IMG/VR virus record: IMGVR_UViG_3300031992_000020
Origin: a virus
Lineage: Duplodnaviria > Heunggongvirae > Uroviricota > Caudoviricetes
Strand: one strand, 5' to 3'
DNA: 64,000 bases
Part shown: one piece after another, positions 43,701 to 54,514 of the stretch
How positions within the stretch are numbered: position 1 is the stretch's first letter
Layout of the letters: the number at the start of each line of letters is the position of its first letter
Notes under the pieces: model-generated
Database searches by the model: none
Seen by the model: only the letters and a program-made list of their open reading frames with translations
Told to the model about the DNA's origin: nothing
Translations under genes and position numbers: made by a program

Positions 43701-44333
43701 CTAAATGATTTCAATGACTGTGCCAAGAGGGACACGATCAATCAATGCGCCTTTAAGACTTGGAGTTCTACGCAAATTAACTGTTTTTCCAGAAGGTGCA
43801 ACTAAACGTGCTTGCGTGCCGGAAGATGGTGTATTAGGAGTTTCGTCTGTTGATCCATCATATGCGCCGGCATTGACGAGCGGACGGATCCGCGCCGCAT
43901 AATTCCATTTTCCGATCTTTGTATCGGTAGTCATTCTGGAACTCATATGACGAATTTGGAGTGGATTAAGTGAATATACAATACCTGCATGATAATAATC
44001 ACGCAAGTCTCCATTATAATATGCGCCGCCCTTTCTGTAACGTGCTGGAAGGGCATATCCACTAGTGTCAGGTTCGCAGGCTTTGAGAACCATATCACCA
44101 ACTTCTAAGTCAGCTATGCTGTGAACAGGATGCAAGTTTACTGCTTCTTTGCGTGCAGCCCAATTGGATCCATGGATGCCGGTCCATTTCAGACCAATGC
44201 GGCGAATAGTGCCGATTATGTATCCAATGCAATCGCAATAGCCATCTGAACAGTCTCCGGGTTCGCGGCGTTTTGGGTTAGAATTATAAAGCTATAATGC
44301 TTTATTTAAAAACTTTTGAAGTAGTGCAGTCAT
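43701..44333 (-). CDS. NlpC/P60-like cell-wall hydrolase with one in-frame TAG (44292-44294)
   Basis: RBS GGAGTGAGCC then ATG; frame continues through TAG into track ORF 43701..44135; Cys motif DCSDGYC. Confidence 0.5.
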
Positions 44334-44658
44334 TATGGCTCACTCCTTTTGAAGTATATAAAAAAAAGAACCGGATTATATATTATCCGATTCTTCTTCT
44401 TCGGTATTTAATTCTTGCTCAATAAATTCAAGAATTCGATCAACATATTCTGGATGGTTGTATATCCATTGTGCAAGAGTGAATCGTTTTTCATCTCGAT
44501 CCCAGAAATTTGCTAATCCATTTTTTGTTATATAATCTACGTTGCTCATGACAACGCCTTCTGCACTTTTTCATACCACTTGTATGGTACATCAGAAAGG
44601 CTCATCTTGCCCTGACGAATACGTTTCACAAAGAAAGCTACCATTTTTTCATCCATAA

Positions 44659-45339
44659 TTATTGTGCCTCCTCAACTGTGCCTTCTGCGGCGATCGGTTC
44701 ATCCGCGTTTTCTTCTGGCTCAGGATCATCAATAGAACGCATACCTTCATAGATTGACTGATCAACCTGTCCCGCATCCGCAGATGTAGGTACAACCATA
44801 CTATGTTCGGTATCTTCACTTGGAGTTTCATCCTGGATACCAAGTCTGCGGCAAAGGTCATTAATACGATCTTCCAACATAACAAGAGGACCATCTAATG
44901 ACATAATGCTGTCTAACGTGTCTACGTTTTTCTGGATAATCTTGGCGTGCGCATCAATTACATCAGCCATACTGTTCCAACGCTCTTTTGCTGACTCAAA
45001 TTCAGAAAACATTGCGGACAGAGCTAAGATCGCATCAGCGCCGCTATCAATATCTTCTTGCAGAGCATCCTCTACATTCTTTTCGATTTTGGAGGTAATA
45101 AACTCAATTTCAATCTGGCGCGGCTGTCCTTCATATTTAGTAACCCGCATGGAAGAAATGCCTTTGTTGTAATAGCGCTGAGTCTCTTCGTCTCCTTCGA
45201 AAACACTAATAACACTTACTGTGTCGCCAGGCGACATAGCAGCTTCTGCATCAGCAATGCTCATATCTCCCTAAATAGTGAGCATGCTTCCGCTCCATTG
45301 TACATCTTCATACAAAGTATCATTAACTTTTACATTCAT
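44659..45339 (-). CDS. hypothetical (structural?) protein with one in-frame TAG (45271-45273)
   Basis: ATG at 45339 with RBS AAAGGA; the frame runs into track ORF 44659..45264 through the TAG. Confidence 0.45.
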
Positions 45340-45783
45340 AATTACTCAATGTCCTTTCAAAGAATTAAGGGCTCCAATCGTCTCACACTCTTATGACGAC
45401 TGAAGCCCTCCAATAACGAATACAAAATAGAAAGGAAGGAACGCCATGGATAGATGACCAGTCTATCCAATTCTATTTTATATCAGTCGTATAAAAGAGG
45501 ATGGCTTTACGAGATCGTAACCGTTATTGGTTACCTCAAAGATATACGATTGATATAAGCAATTTAATTATGTATAATATATATAGTATATAATATGTAT
45601 AATTATAATTATAATTGCTGTTTAACGATCTCCTACTTTTCAATTACAAGTTACCTACTTTTACAAGGGGCCGCGGGCTTGTAATTTACTTCGTAGAGCC
45701 TTTTGCTTTTACAATTTCATGCTTGTAAATCTATCTTCTAAAAGAAATATTTGCTGTAATTCCTTGGCCCATCTTATGTATAT

Positions 45784-45812
45784 ATTATATAAAAAATTTT
45801 TTAAAAAGTCAA
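45784..45812 (-). promoter_or_regulatory. sigma70-type promoter TTGACT-17-TATAAT
   Basis: reverse complement reads TTGACTTTTTAAAAAATTTTTTATATAAT; it points into about 440 nt of non-coding DNA. Confidence 0.55.
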
Positions 45813-45818
45813 ATGCGG

Positions 45819-46220
45819 TTAACCGTTTGTATCGATCGTATAGTCGTACTCATCAGGTACTTCTGGCTCCGATGGTTCTTCGGGTGTATCGGGTTTCGCA
45901 GGTTTATCAGGATCTTCCGGTTCTGGTTCTGGCTCAGGTTCTGGATAATCAACCCAAATGTGAATAGGTGGTGGATATTTATCAGCTGGGATATCCCATT
46001 CTGGCCATGCAGGATATTTAATGTGTGTTATTGGTTCATCAACAACGACGTCCGCAAATGCTCGTTCGCCTAAATGATTTTCTGCCATATAAGCTTGATC
46101 ACTTGCAGTATCTATGTCTTTTACTACTCTTCTTTGAAGGTATGTAACTGTTTCACCAGAAGTATCGAGGTCGAATCCTATGGTTTCATATCTATGTGAA
46201 GGGCGAATATAATCAGGCAT
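45819..46220 (-). CDS. hypothetical Pro/Glu-rich protein
   Basis: ORF track. Confidence 0.35.
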   Translation of the reverse strand: MPDYIRPSHRYETIGFDLDTSGETVTYLQRRVVKDIDTASDQAYMAENHLGERAFADVVVDEPITHIKYPAWPEWDIPADKYPPPIHIWVDYPEPEPEPEPEDPDKPAKPDTPEEPSEPEVPDEYDYTIDTNG

Positions 46221-46229
46221 ATAATCACC

Positions 46230-47259
46230 TCATATATACTTATTGTGTGCAGTTTGTATTTCTGTGTCATCTAATTTTGTATAAATTAATGTGGTATTTA
46301 TTTGTTTGTGTCCTAATAATCTTTGTACTTGCTCAATAGGCATGCCGTTATGTAAGGCTTGGGTGGCTGTGGTGTGCCGAAATACGTGTGGTGTAATTTT
46401 ATGGTTTGGATCTATGTTTGCGCGAAGGGCTAAATTTTTTACTAATTTTTGGATGGCGCGTGGAGTAGTTTGAGCTGATTTAGTTTTATGAGCTGGTGCA
46501 AATATATATTCACTATTTATTGTTCGTAATGCTAAATATTTACGTAGGCTAACTTCTGCTTCGGCATTTAAATATACGTTTCTTGAATAACCACCTTTAC
46601 CATGCTCTATAAACACGGATTTATTATTCCAATCAATATTTTTTAATTTTGCATTACACATTTCAGACACTCTGCATCCTGTGCTATATAAAAAATCTAT
46701 AATTGCTTTTTCACGGATATTTTTGCAAGCTTCTCGTAGATATTCTAATTCTAACGAAGATAATGGCTCTCGCGCGACAGCATCACTTTTAATTGGTTTT
46801 ATATTCTTTGCTGGATTTCTTGTGATTAAATTTTCTGATACGCACCATTCATAGAAAGAATTTATTACACGTCGCATTGTATCTAATGTTACATTTTTAA
46901 CTCCACGAGATTGCTTATAATTATATAAATAAACTCGAATATCATTAGTTGTTACGTTAGTAAATGGCTTTCCTATTGATGATAAAAAATTTCCTAATGT
47001 TAGTTTGTATAATGATAAAGTGCCAGGTGATTTTTCTTCGATAGCTTTTGATGCAATAAATAATTTTAAAACCTATGGGTATCCTTCTTGTAGAATAATT
47101 AATTCTAATTCTTTCTTTTCGATGCTATATTTTTGAGCAATTTCATCGAGATGATGTAAAATATCTTCTATTTCTCTAATATTTAAATTAGGCAATTTGT
47201 TTCTTAGTTCAATTAAAAATTCAGTTTTAAAGATTTCATAACTATCCATGTTTAAGCAC
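46230..47259 (-). CDS. tyrosine recombinase (Xer/Rci-like) with one in-frame TAG (47073-47075)
   Basis: C-terminal catalytic R..HxxR..Y; an N-terminal SAM-like core-binding domain is only present if read through the TAG linking track ORFs 47073..47276 and 46230..46877; RBS AAGGTGG. Confidence 0.65.
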
Positions 47260-47327
47260 CACCTTATTTTATACAAAGATTAAATGACGAAGTTCATCAT
47301 CTAATGTTTATATAAAATTACGTTATA

Positions 47328-47656
47328 TTTTAGATGGTACGTTAAACAATAATTTAAATGCTAAAATACCAATCAAATGGAATAGAGATACTCAAGCAAA
47401 TCGTAGGTCATATTTAAACTTTGATAATGTATATACTACATCTGATTGTAGTATTAATGGAGTATATTGGTACTCAGATGATGCTTCTTATATAAGCAAT
47501 GCTCCAACAGGAATAGTGAAAACAACAAGTGGCTCTATTTATGCTATTGATACTGCTTGGGGAAAAATTCAAATCTGTTTTAATTATAATTCTTTAAATT
47601 TCTTTATTAGAAATTATCCGTATCAAACAACTTGGAAAAAAATATCACTAGAATAA
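47328..47656 (+). other. start-less tail-fibre C-terminal cassette (open frame, TAA end)
   Basis: about 110 stop-free codons in AT-rich DNA on the plus strand with no ATG/GTG/TTG and no RBS. Confidence 0.4.
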
Positions 47657-47712
47657 TTATATCATATATGAGCGCATCTACTACGTCACTAGCAATAGAG
47701 ATTTGGATAATA

Positions 47713-48046
47713 CGCACTAGCTAAATATATGCTATTTATTTATCATATATGTTCCATACTTTATCATAACATGATAAGACATATACTTTATTAGATCCTA
47801 CACAAGAATATAAAAACCATGCATAATGTGGATCATTTGAACCAGGTTCATATGTATATCCTATGGCAAAACCAAAACCTGCGCGTGTTAAACGATAACA
47901 ATATATAGCTTCGCTTTTAGTTGATATTGAACTTAAATATTTTCCTAGCTCAGCATTAACCGTTGAGACAGAGCTAGCAGGATATCCTGTAATACAAGGA
48001 ATATACTAATAATGCTCACTTATAGTTAGTTTATTATTGTAAATAA
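47713..48046 (-). other. start-less tail-fibre C-terminal cassette (one in-frame TAG)
   Basis: open frame with no start codon, head-to-head with the plus-strand cassette at about 48040. Confidence 0.35.
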
Positions 48047-48372
48047 GTTTATATAATTTGATTTTATCAAATATTTACAATAATAAAGTTAATAAAAGCA
48101 TAGCTTTTTATGATCACGGTCTTATTGGAGAAAGCCAGAATGCTAATAATATTATAGAGCCTGGCATATATCAATAGGTTAATGCTGTAGTACCGAGTAA
48201 TTGGCCTACAGGAGCATATAATAGTATATTATTAGTCTTAAGTTTAAGAGATGGTACTGATAAAATTTAGTATGTATTTAGTATGAATGCTCACGCAATT
48301 TATCAAAGATCTAATTATGCTGGTACGGGTTGGACTGATTGGCATATATAGACTGCTGGAACTATATATTAA
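48038..48372 (+). other. start-less tail-fibre C-terminal cassette (three in-frame TAG, TAA end)
   Basis: open frame with no start codon on the plus strand. Confidence 0.4.
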
Positions 48373-48373
48373 T

Positions 48374-48716
48374 ATCCAGTAGGAATAGCATAAGCACCTA
48401 CAACGGTATATTTACCAACCGGTAAACTTGAATTCATGTGAAAATTACCAGAAGCTATTCGACAAGTATAATGAACCGTAAAATCTCCAGTGATTGAACA
48501 TATTGTCATACTTGGATCTGTTCCAGCTTCACGAGGAAAACCATTTAATATAAAACCAGTTTGTACAGTCGTAGTTTGAAATTCAACACATACAGCACAA
48601 ATTTGTCAAAACCTTGCCCATCCGCCTTTAAGAACATTAACATTTCCATTAGATGCAGTTGCTTGGCGTAAAGGCGGTATTAAATTATTTAAATTAAAGT
48701 TTAATGTATAAACCAT
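48374..48716 (-). other. tail-fibre cassette or second fibre ORF
   Basis: open frame after an in-frame TGA, ends with TAA; cassette-like. Confidence 0.3.
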
Positions 48717-49357
48717 CCAACATCAGCTCTGCACGTAAGAGTTGTTCCACTGTCCTAAAAAGCCCAAACGTAAATTTTTTCATTAGCTGTAACATTAATT
48801 ATATCGCCATAAGATAATCTTGTTGCATCAGCAGTGGTGGCATTCACTGTTTCATAAACTGCAATTGATCCAGTAGTATTTGATCCATAACCTATACCGC
48901 AAATACGTCTACCGTTTCCATTCTATCCAAAAGTTTCTAATACTTCCATTACTATAACACCTGCTTTTGTACAAGTAAAACTATGTATTATAGTCCATGT
49001 TGAATTAGCTACGTTTGTATTTGTTGCGCTACGAGAGGAAATAGCATGATTAGAAGTCGCCTTATTATTGTTTAGCGCATTAACGGCAGCACTGGTTGCT
49101 AATGTATCATTCGTATTTGAGTTTATCGCAGAACTTGTAGGGATATCGCTCCAAGTTGGTGCACCATTAGCCACACCCTTTAAGAACTTATATGTCCCAG
49201 CAGTAGAGCATACCGGCACGTGAGTCTTGTTACTGTTATGCGTAGTAATCGCGCTAGTAATCTATCCACTTGTCCAAGTTTTAATTCTACTAAAAGATTG
49301 ATGTAAAGCAGGCCCACTTACAAAAGATTTTACATCTTCATAAGCATTATTTGCCAT
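48701..49357 (-). CDS. tail-fibre-like protein (Ser/Thr/Asn-rich), constant N-terminal gene with 3 in-frame TAG
   Basis: RBS AGAGGAGAATG..ATG at 49357; TAGs at about 49262-64, 48923-25 and 48755-57; TAA stop. Confidence 0.55.
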
Positions 49358-49395
49358 ATTTTCATTCTCCTCTCTTAATAATTTATCATATATAT

Positions 49396-49424
49396 ATTAT
49401 ACGCTAAATTTTTTGAACTGTAAA
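49396..49424 (-). promoter_or_regulatory. sigma70-type promoter TTTACA-17-TATAAT
   Basis: reverse complement reads TTTACAGTTCAAAAAATTTAGCGTATAAT, upstream of the fibre gene. Confidence 0.5.
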
Positions 49425-49431
49425 GAAAATA

Positions 49432-49460
49432 AGCGAGGCAATTTAAATTATTACCTCGCT
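49432..49460 (-). terminator. terminator hairpin (gcgagg/cctcgc) plus T tract
   Basis: downstream of the 49484..50038 gene stop. Confidence 0.5.
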
Positions 49461-49483
49461 AATATTTACTTATTTAATAGTTC

Positions 49484-50038
49484 TCACTCCTGAGACTTAA
49501 TGTAGTAAGTTGTATTCTCTACAACAGTCTGGTCGTCAGAAAGAACATATTGTCCCTCGTTCTCAGCATCTGCTTCATACCAACCCTTGCTTACAGGACC
49601 TTCGCCCTCTTCAAGAGCTGCAATCTGTTCTGGGGTTACTGCGGTATAAGTTGGCTGTGCGGGAGTCTCTGGACCTGGATTATCACTTTGACCAGGATCA
49701 TCAGTTGGTTCTTGTTCTTCTGCTGGATCCTCTACCCAGACGAAAGTATAAGTTGTGCCCTTGGCATCTTTTACTACTTCATAACCAGCAGCAGCGATGT
49801 CTGCTTCGATGATAGCAATAGCGTTTGTGAGATATTCGCCAGTCAATCTGGTAATAGAACCGCTCAAACGATAGACCAACTTATTATTGCCCTTGCCTGC
49901 GGCAGTATCAATAGCAGTAGACATAGAAACTAATTCCTTTTTAGCAGCAATTTCTGCTAACTTTGCTTGACGATCACGATAAGCCTGCATTACATTTGCG
50001 GCATTGGTTTTCGCAAGTAAAATATTCATTTCCGCCAT
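49484..50038 (-). CDS. hypothetical virion-associated protein
   Basis: ORF track. Confidence 0.4.
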   Translation of the reverse strand: MAEMNILLAKTNAANVMQAYRDRQAKLAEIAAKKELVSMSTAIDTAAGKGNNKLVYRLSGSITRLTGEYLTNAIAIIEADIAAAGYEVVKDAKGTTYTFVWVEDPAEEQEPTDDPGQSDNPGPETPAQPTYTAVTPEQIAALEEGEGPVSKGWYEADAENEGQYVLSDDQTVVENTTYYIKSQE

Positions 50039-50168
50039 CTTTGAATCATCCTTTCTAAAGAATAGTGAGAACTCTGTTCTCTAAATTTTTATAAAAAAAG
50101 AAGACGATGACTTAACTATCATCGTCCAAAAATTGGCTCATGCTCTTATAACATTTAATTTATTACAT

Positions 50169-50477
50169 TCAGCTTTTTTCTTTATCGGTACTTTTTCCTT
50201 TGCGAGGAACAGTTTCTTTTAAAAATTGCTTACGCAAATTTCGTGCTGAATTTTTATTTCTTGATTTAAATGTTGGCAATTGACTATCACAATTAGGGCA
50301 TATCAAACGTAAGTTGTCTTTTGTAGAATTAGCAGCATTTCCATCAATATGATCTAATACAAAATGTAATTCTTGATTATTCCATATATCAGGTATACCA
50401 CAAATAGCACATTTATGTTCTTGTTGATCTAAAATGTATTCACGAATAACGCCACGTATAGTTGTGTCAACAGACAT
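50169..50477 (-). CDS. HNH endonuclease
   Basis: CAICG..HHIDG..N..CPNCD motifs. Confidence 0.55.
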   Translation of the reverse strand: MSVDTTIRGVIREYILDQQEHKCAICGIPDIWNNQELHFVLDHIDGNAANSTKDNLRLICPNCDSQLPTFKSRNKNSARNLRKQFLKETVPRKGKSTDKEKS

Positions 50478-50630
50478 TCCTGTATTTCCAGAATTTAACC
50501 ATGTATTAAGTTTTTCTTCTCTTCTTTGTAGAACAATGCAAGTAGAACAGTAACCAGACTAATTCTTTTTACATAATTCTTTTCCGCATCTTTTACAATT
50601 CATAAATATCCTCAATATAACAAAAAAATG

Positions 50631-50715
50631 CGGTAAGGGTGGGATTCGAACCCACGGGGCATAGGCCACAACTGATTTCAAGTCAGTGCCGTTATAACCA
50701 CTTCGGTACCTTACC
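50631..50715 (-). tRNA. tRNA-Ser(TGA)
   Basis: acceptor GGTAAGG/CCTTACC, loop CTTGAAA, long variable arm, T arm GGGTTCGAATCCC. Confidence 0.8.
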
Positions 50716-50724
50716 AAATCAAGA

Positions 50725-50810
50725 TGGCATTTTAGTCCGGAGTCGAACCGGAATCTTCGCATTGTCATCTGCGCTATACTAGCCTTTTGTACTACTCCTG
50801 CTAAACATTG
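50725..50810 (-). ncRNA. tRNA-like element: valid T arm, acceptor 3-prime strand and CCA but no pairing 5-prime half; 8-nt anticodon-like loop
   Basis: TCCGGTTCGACTCCGGA CTAAAAT G CCA; the expected 5-prime strand ATTTTAG is absent. Confidence 0.35.
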
Positions 50811-50995
50811 CTGTAATGAGCGGGTTTTCCATCTTTAGATCAGCTTGTCCCGATTGTAAACGACTGACAAACCGCACTGGGTTTGGGGCATTTTTGCACG
50901 TCTGCATTATCCTCTGATCCGCCTGGGGTGGATTTTTATTTTGCGAAGTCCACCTTCCCGCAAGTTAGTTTTATCGCAGAAACTAACAAACGACC

Positions 50996-51071
50996 TGGAG
51001 CCGCCGAAGGGACTCGAACCCTTAACCTATTGATTACAAGTCAATTGCGCTACCAGTTGCGCCACGACGGC
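50996..51071 (-). tRNA. tRNA-Thr(TGT)
   Basis: acceptor GCCGTCG/CGGCGGC, loop CTTGTAA, CCA encoded. Confidence 0.8.
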
Positions 51072-51157
51072 ATAAGCAAGACCCATTACATAAAAGCATA
51101 GAATGGTTGCTAATTGTTCAAATTCGCTGTTAGGGTCTTTCTTTATCTTACATATAT

Positions 51158-51186
51158 ATTATATAATAATTTTTTATAAAAGTCAA
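51158..51186 (-). promoter_or_regulatory. sigma70-type promoter TTGACT-17-TATAAT heading a tRNA cluster
   Basis: reverse complement reads TTGACTTTTATAAAAAATTATTATATAAT. Confidence 0.55.
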
Positions 51187-54057
51187 TCAGTCAAAGCAAT
51201 CTCCAACCTGATTAATCATAACCTCTACACCAAGAGGAGTATCATAATCAGTTATAATGTACATCGGAGTGCCGGGCAGCTTAGGTTGCGGCTGATCTGG
51301 CGGAATAATAGGTCTTTCATATGGACGATTTATAAATGTCATAACATTACCTTGTTGTGTCTGACTTTCCATATGATAGCCAAGCACAGTATATTCTCGC
51401 CATTCGTATTGTATTTCAGTACCATCGTCATTATATTGAGGTACTTCAACAGTAACAAACCAATCATTGTCCGCGCTCAACTTTACGCTCTTGATATGCA
51501 CACCATCTGCAAACAATTTTACATGTATAGCACTTGGCCGCAAAAGATCATAACCCTCATCATTCCATATCTTGCGAATACCTATCACCGTTGTAGGAAC
51601 GTCTTCTGGAATATCAATTATAGTCGTAGGTACAGGAGTTACTGATGGAATTGGATCCGGAGTAAGCGTTGGACGTGGTGTGCGCACAGGCTCCGGCGTT
51701 GGGCTAGGCGTAGCAGTTGGTGTAACGACTGGCTTGGGCGTCGGGGTGCTTGTTGGCGCAGGAGTAATTCTGGTATTTTCAAAATGAAGAGTGTAAATAT
51801 CCTTATCAAAAATACCATTCTCATTTGCTGGCACATGGATAACTGCAACATTTGCCGCGCGTTCTTCGCCAGGCGCGGGTGTTACAGTTGTCAAAGCTGA
51901 ATCATCTGAAATATAAATATTAGATATGAAATAATTATCATGTGAATCAATTTCAGTGATTGTATAATCGCCTGGGATAATCTTACCAAATCCTCTGTGA
52001 TTATCATAAATCACAAATTTATCTATTTCAGAATTGGCATTGAACTCTACTTTTGCTTCTACACCATCTGGGAAACTTGGTCCTGTGATAATAAATCTAA
52101 AATCAACAGGAACATTATCGTACTCTTTCAAATGTTTTTCAATTCTAAATCCACCAATAGGAGGAGTTGCTGTGGGCGCAGGTGTATATGTAGGGGTTGG
52201 CCGCACAGTTGGAGTAATTGTAGGAGTAGCCGTAGGCGTTGGGCTAGGAGTTACTGAAATAGTAGGAGTTGGTGTACTCGTAGGAGTCGGACTTGGAGTT
52301 ATTGTAGGTGTCACCGTAGGAGTAGGTGACGGAGTTATAGTTGGAGTAGGACTCGGTGTAACCGTAGGTGTAGGTGTTGGAGTTGGGGTTACAGTAGGAG
52401 TCGGACTTGGAGTAGGAGTAATTGTCGGTGTAGGACTTGGAGTTGCTGTTGGAGTAGGGCTAGGTGTTGGAGTTGGTGTAGGTGTTGGAGTTGGTGTAGG
52501 TGTAATTGTCGGAGTTGGACTTGGAGTTGGTGTAGGAGTAGGTGTTGGCGTTGCTGTTGGGGTAGGTGATGGAGTAGGAGTTACAGAATATTCAACTGCG
52601 GGTAATGGGAAATCTTGGATTTTATTATCTTGTGGAGTATATAAAGTCGCAGTTGTATTTGTCAAAAGTGGAATACCACCTTGTGATCCATTAAAATCAT
52701 ATGTGCCATATTCACCAGCAACAGTTTGTGGATTACTTAATTTAATGCTATAATGTAATTCCACAGAATCACAGAGCAATAGATTAGTATTAATAATCCA
52801 CTTAAATGAATCGTTTTCTTCTTCACCGTAATATATTAATGTAAATAAATCGCCAAAATGGAATGTGATATTATCACTAGTCGTAGCATTAATACGTTCG
52901 CCATTCCAAATTACATACATTCTACTTGCGTCTGGAATAAAATCCATATCATATTCATTACCGAGATTATCAATTCCAGAACCCATATAGTCCTTTACAT
53001 AGCTTCCAGTAGTAACATATGATATTTCTTTACCAATATTGCTTAATGAAAAGCTTCTGCCGCAATTCAAATATTGCATAAAAGATTGGGCATATTGGCT
53101 TGTTCTATAAGAGAAATCACCGCTATCAACATAAACTGCATAGCAATTATAACCATGCTGTTGCGCAGTTGCATAAGAAAGCATTGCATAATATAATGCT
53201 TTATCGGAAGACACAGCATGAGTAGATAGATTTCCTCTAATGTAACTGGTAGCACCATTATAGTAGTTACGAGGATCCCATCCCCACGTCTGTTCAAACA
53301 AATCTTGATCACGATTAATGGCTTGCGCCACTTCTACAAAATAATCATACCAACTTGCTGGTGCGGCGTAGGTACCATATTTGAATAAATATGTATCTGG
53401 TCCAGCGACTATATTACCATCATGCTCTTGGACTACGACAGTCTCTCCTGCTGTTTTAGTCCCACTTAAACCAAGTTGATTGTTCTTTTGATATACGTGA
53501 GTATCACCATCGCTAAGTATAATTAAATACTTATTAGATGCAGGTACTCCAGCATGATTGTCAAGCATATAAGTGCCTGTCAAGATACCTGAATTCAGAT
53601 TTGTGCCGCGATGGGTATATTGAGAAGGATGGTTCTTTGCTATCACAGTACCATCCAGTTGCCGATAAATTTTGGACTTACCATAAAAATATACTATTCC
53701 GACATTAATGTCATCTCTAGTATCAGCTGCAGACATATATTGCTGTAATAAATGCTCTGCCGCATTATCAATAGACAAGGAAGCATCTACTACAAATACA
53801 ATATCATATACATCAACACTAGTGGTAGGTATTTTCAACATGATGTTTGACTCATAGTTTTCATCCAAATTAGTAGCCGTTTTAGAAACGGCTACTTTAT
53901 TTAGATTCACAGATGAAATAGTAGGTACATATACCTCGCCACTATCTATTGTTATTTCTGGAGTATATTCATCGCTTTCTATCGCTGTCTCAGCAATACC
54001 AGCAAATGGCATCATTGCAAGTGCTATTGCTAACAATATTGCTAAAAATCTTTTCAT
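51187..54057 (-). CDS. secreted vWA-domain protein with a long Pro/Thr-rich repeat linker (adhesin or cell-wall-binding-like)
   Basis: signal peptide [20 protein letters not shown]; MIDAS VVDASLS; (TP/SP)n tract. Confidence 0.55.
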   Translation of the reverse strand: MKRFLAILLAIALAMMPFAGIAETAIESDEYTPEITIDSGEVYVPTISSVNLNKVAVSKTATNLDENYESNIMLKIPTTSVDVYDIVFVVDASLSIDNAAEHLLQQYMSAADTRDDINVGIVYFYGKSKIYRQLDGTVIAKNHPSQYTHRGTNLNSGILTGTYMLDNHAGVPASNKYLIILSDGDTHVYQKNNQLGLSGTKTAGETVVVQEHDGNIVAGPDTYLFKYGTYAAPASWYDYFVEVAQAINRDQDLFEQTWGWDPRNYYNGATSYIRGNLSTHAVSSDKALYYAMLSYATAQQHGYNCYAVYVDSGDFSYRTSQYAQSFMQYLNCGRSFSLSNIGKEISYVTTGSYVKDYMGSGIDNLGNEYDMDFIPDASRMYVIWNGERINATTSDNITFHFGDLFTLIYYGEEENDSFKWIINTNLLLCDSVELHYSIKLSNPQTVAGEYGTYDFNGSQGGIPLLTNTTATLYTPQDNKIQDFPLPAVEYSVTPTPSPTPTATPTPTPTPTPSPTPTITPTPTPTPTPTPTPSPTPTATPSPTPTITPTPSPTPTVTPTPTPTPTVTPSPTPTITPSPTPTVTPTITPSPTPTSTPTPTISVTPSPTPTATPTITPTVRPTPTYTPAPTATPPIGGFRIEKHLKEYDNVPVDFRFIITGPSFPDGVEAKVEFNANSEIDKFVIYDNHRGFGKIIPGDYTITEIDSHDNYFISNIYISDDSALTTVTPAPGEERAANVAVIHVPANENGIFDKDIYTLHFENTRITPAPTSTPTPKPVVTPTATPSPTPEPVRTPRPTLTPDPIPSVTPVPTTIIDIPEDVPTTVIGIRKIWNDEGYDLLRPSAIHVKLFADGVHIKSVKLSADNDWFVTVEVPQYNDDGTEIQYEWREYTVLGYHMESQTQQGNVMTFINRPYERPIIPPDQPQPKLPGTPMYIITDYDTPLGVEVMINQVGDCFD
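51640..52570 (-). repeat. coding tandem repeat encoding (T/S)P-(T/A)P units
   Basis: ggtgtaggtgttggagttgg-type periodic repeats inside the 956-aa ORF. Confidence 0.7.
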
Positions 54058-54074
54058 AATATATTACCCCATAA

Positions 54075-54464
54075 TTATTCGCTAATTGTTACGGTAACTC
54101 TAAATGTCCAATCTACGTTGTCTGCGTTTAGGTCAAAGCTATAAGTTTCTCCGCTACCAACGGATTCCCAGTCGCCGCCGCCCTTTTTGGCCTGCCAATT
54201 ATAAGATACACTATAACTTGACAAGTCATAATATTCTGGGTGCTCTGTGGTAATATTAGCAGTAAGAGTTATTGTGGTGCCAACAGCCAAAGTCTGACCG
54301 GCCTGCGCGCAACTAATTGATACTGCCCAACCTGGATCCGGCAAAGAGATCGTGATATTAGGGTCAAATTCTGAGCTTGTCGCAGAACCTTCTGCCAAAC
54401 CCATAGGTGCAAAAGTGAAGCATAACATAAGTGCTGTGAGAAATGCAAAAAGTCTTTTCATAAA
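54075..54464 (-). CDS. secreted hypothetical protein
   Basis: signal peptide MKRLFAFLTALMLCFTFAPMGLA. Confidence 0.4.
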   Translation of the reverse strand, partial: FMKRLFAFLTALMLCFTFAPMGLAEGSATSSEFDPNITISLPDPGWAVSISCAQAGQTLAVGTTITLTANITTEHPEYYDLSSYSVSYNWQAKKGGGDWESVGSGETYSFDLNADNVDWTFRVTVTISE

Positions 54465-54514
54465 CGTAAATCTCCTTTCTAAAATAAAAATAGACTTTAT
54501 TGATATAAAGTCTA

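Noticed and set aside
48374-48716. In-frame TGA inside the second fibre ORF (and one upstream of the 47328 cassette) as evidence of TGA recoding
   Set aside because: TGA and TAA are used as genuine stops throughout. No TCA-anticodon tRNA was found. Both TGAs fall at the 5-prime edges of start-less cassettes and are better explained as cassette boundaries.
47280-49480. Interpreting the fibre region as a decayed pseudogene block
   Set aside because: In-frame stops there are almost exclusively TAG, as in many intact genes elsewhere. Start-less frames stay long and stop-free in AT-rich DNA. This fits recoding plus a cassette organisation rather than random decay.
50559-50768. ORFs overlapping tRNA genes (50559..50768, 59238..59737 cluster, 60325..60642, 61714..62066, 63297..63986)
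   Set aside because: They coincide with tRNA or GC-rich non-coding sequence and lack RBS. They are spurious six-frame ORFs.
50725-50990. tmRNA hypothesis for the T arm plus CCA element and the structured spacer upstream
   Set aside because: There is no 5-prime strand able to pair with the acceptor 3-prime strand. There is no tag-peptide reading frame or pseudoknot series, and the region is too short.
51640-52570. Periodic nucleotide repeats resembling an array
   Set aside because: They lie inside a continuous 956-aa ORF and encode a (T/S)P-(T/A)P linker. There is no spacer and repeat structure, so this is not CRISPR.
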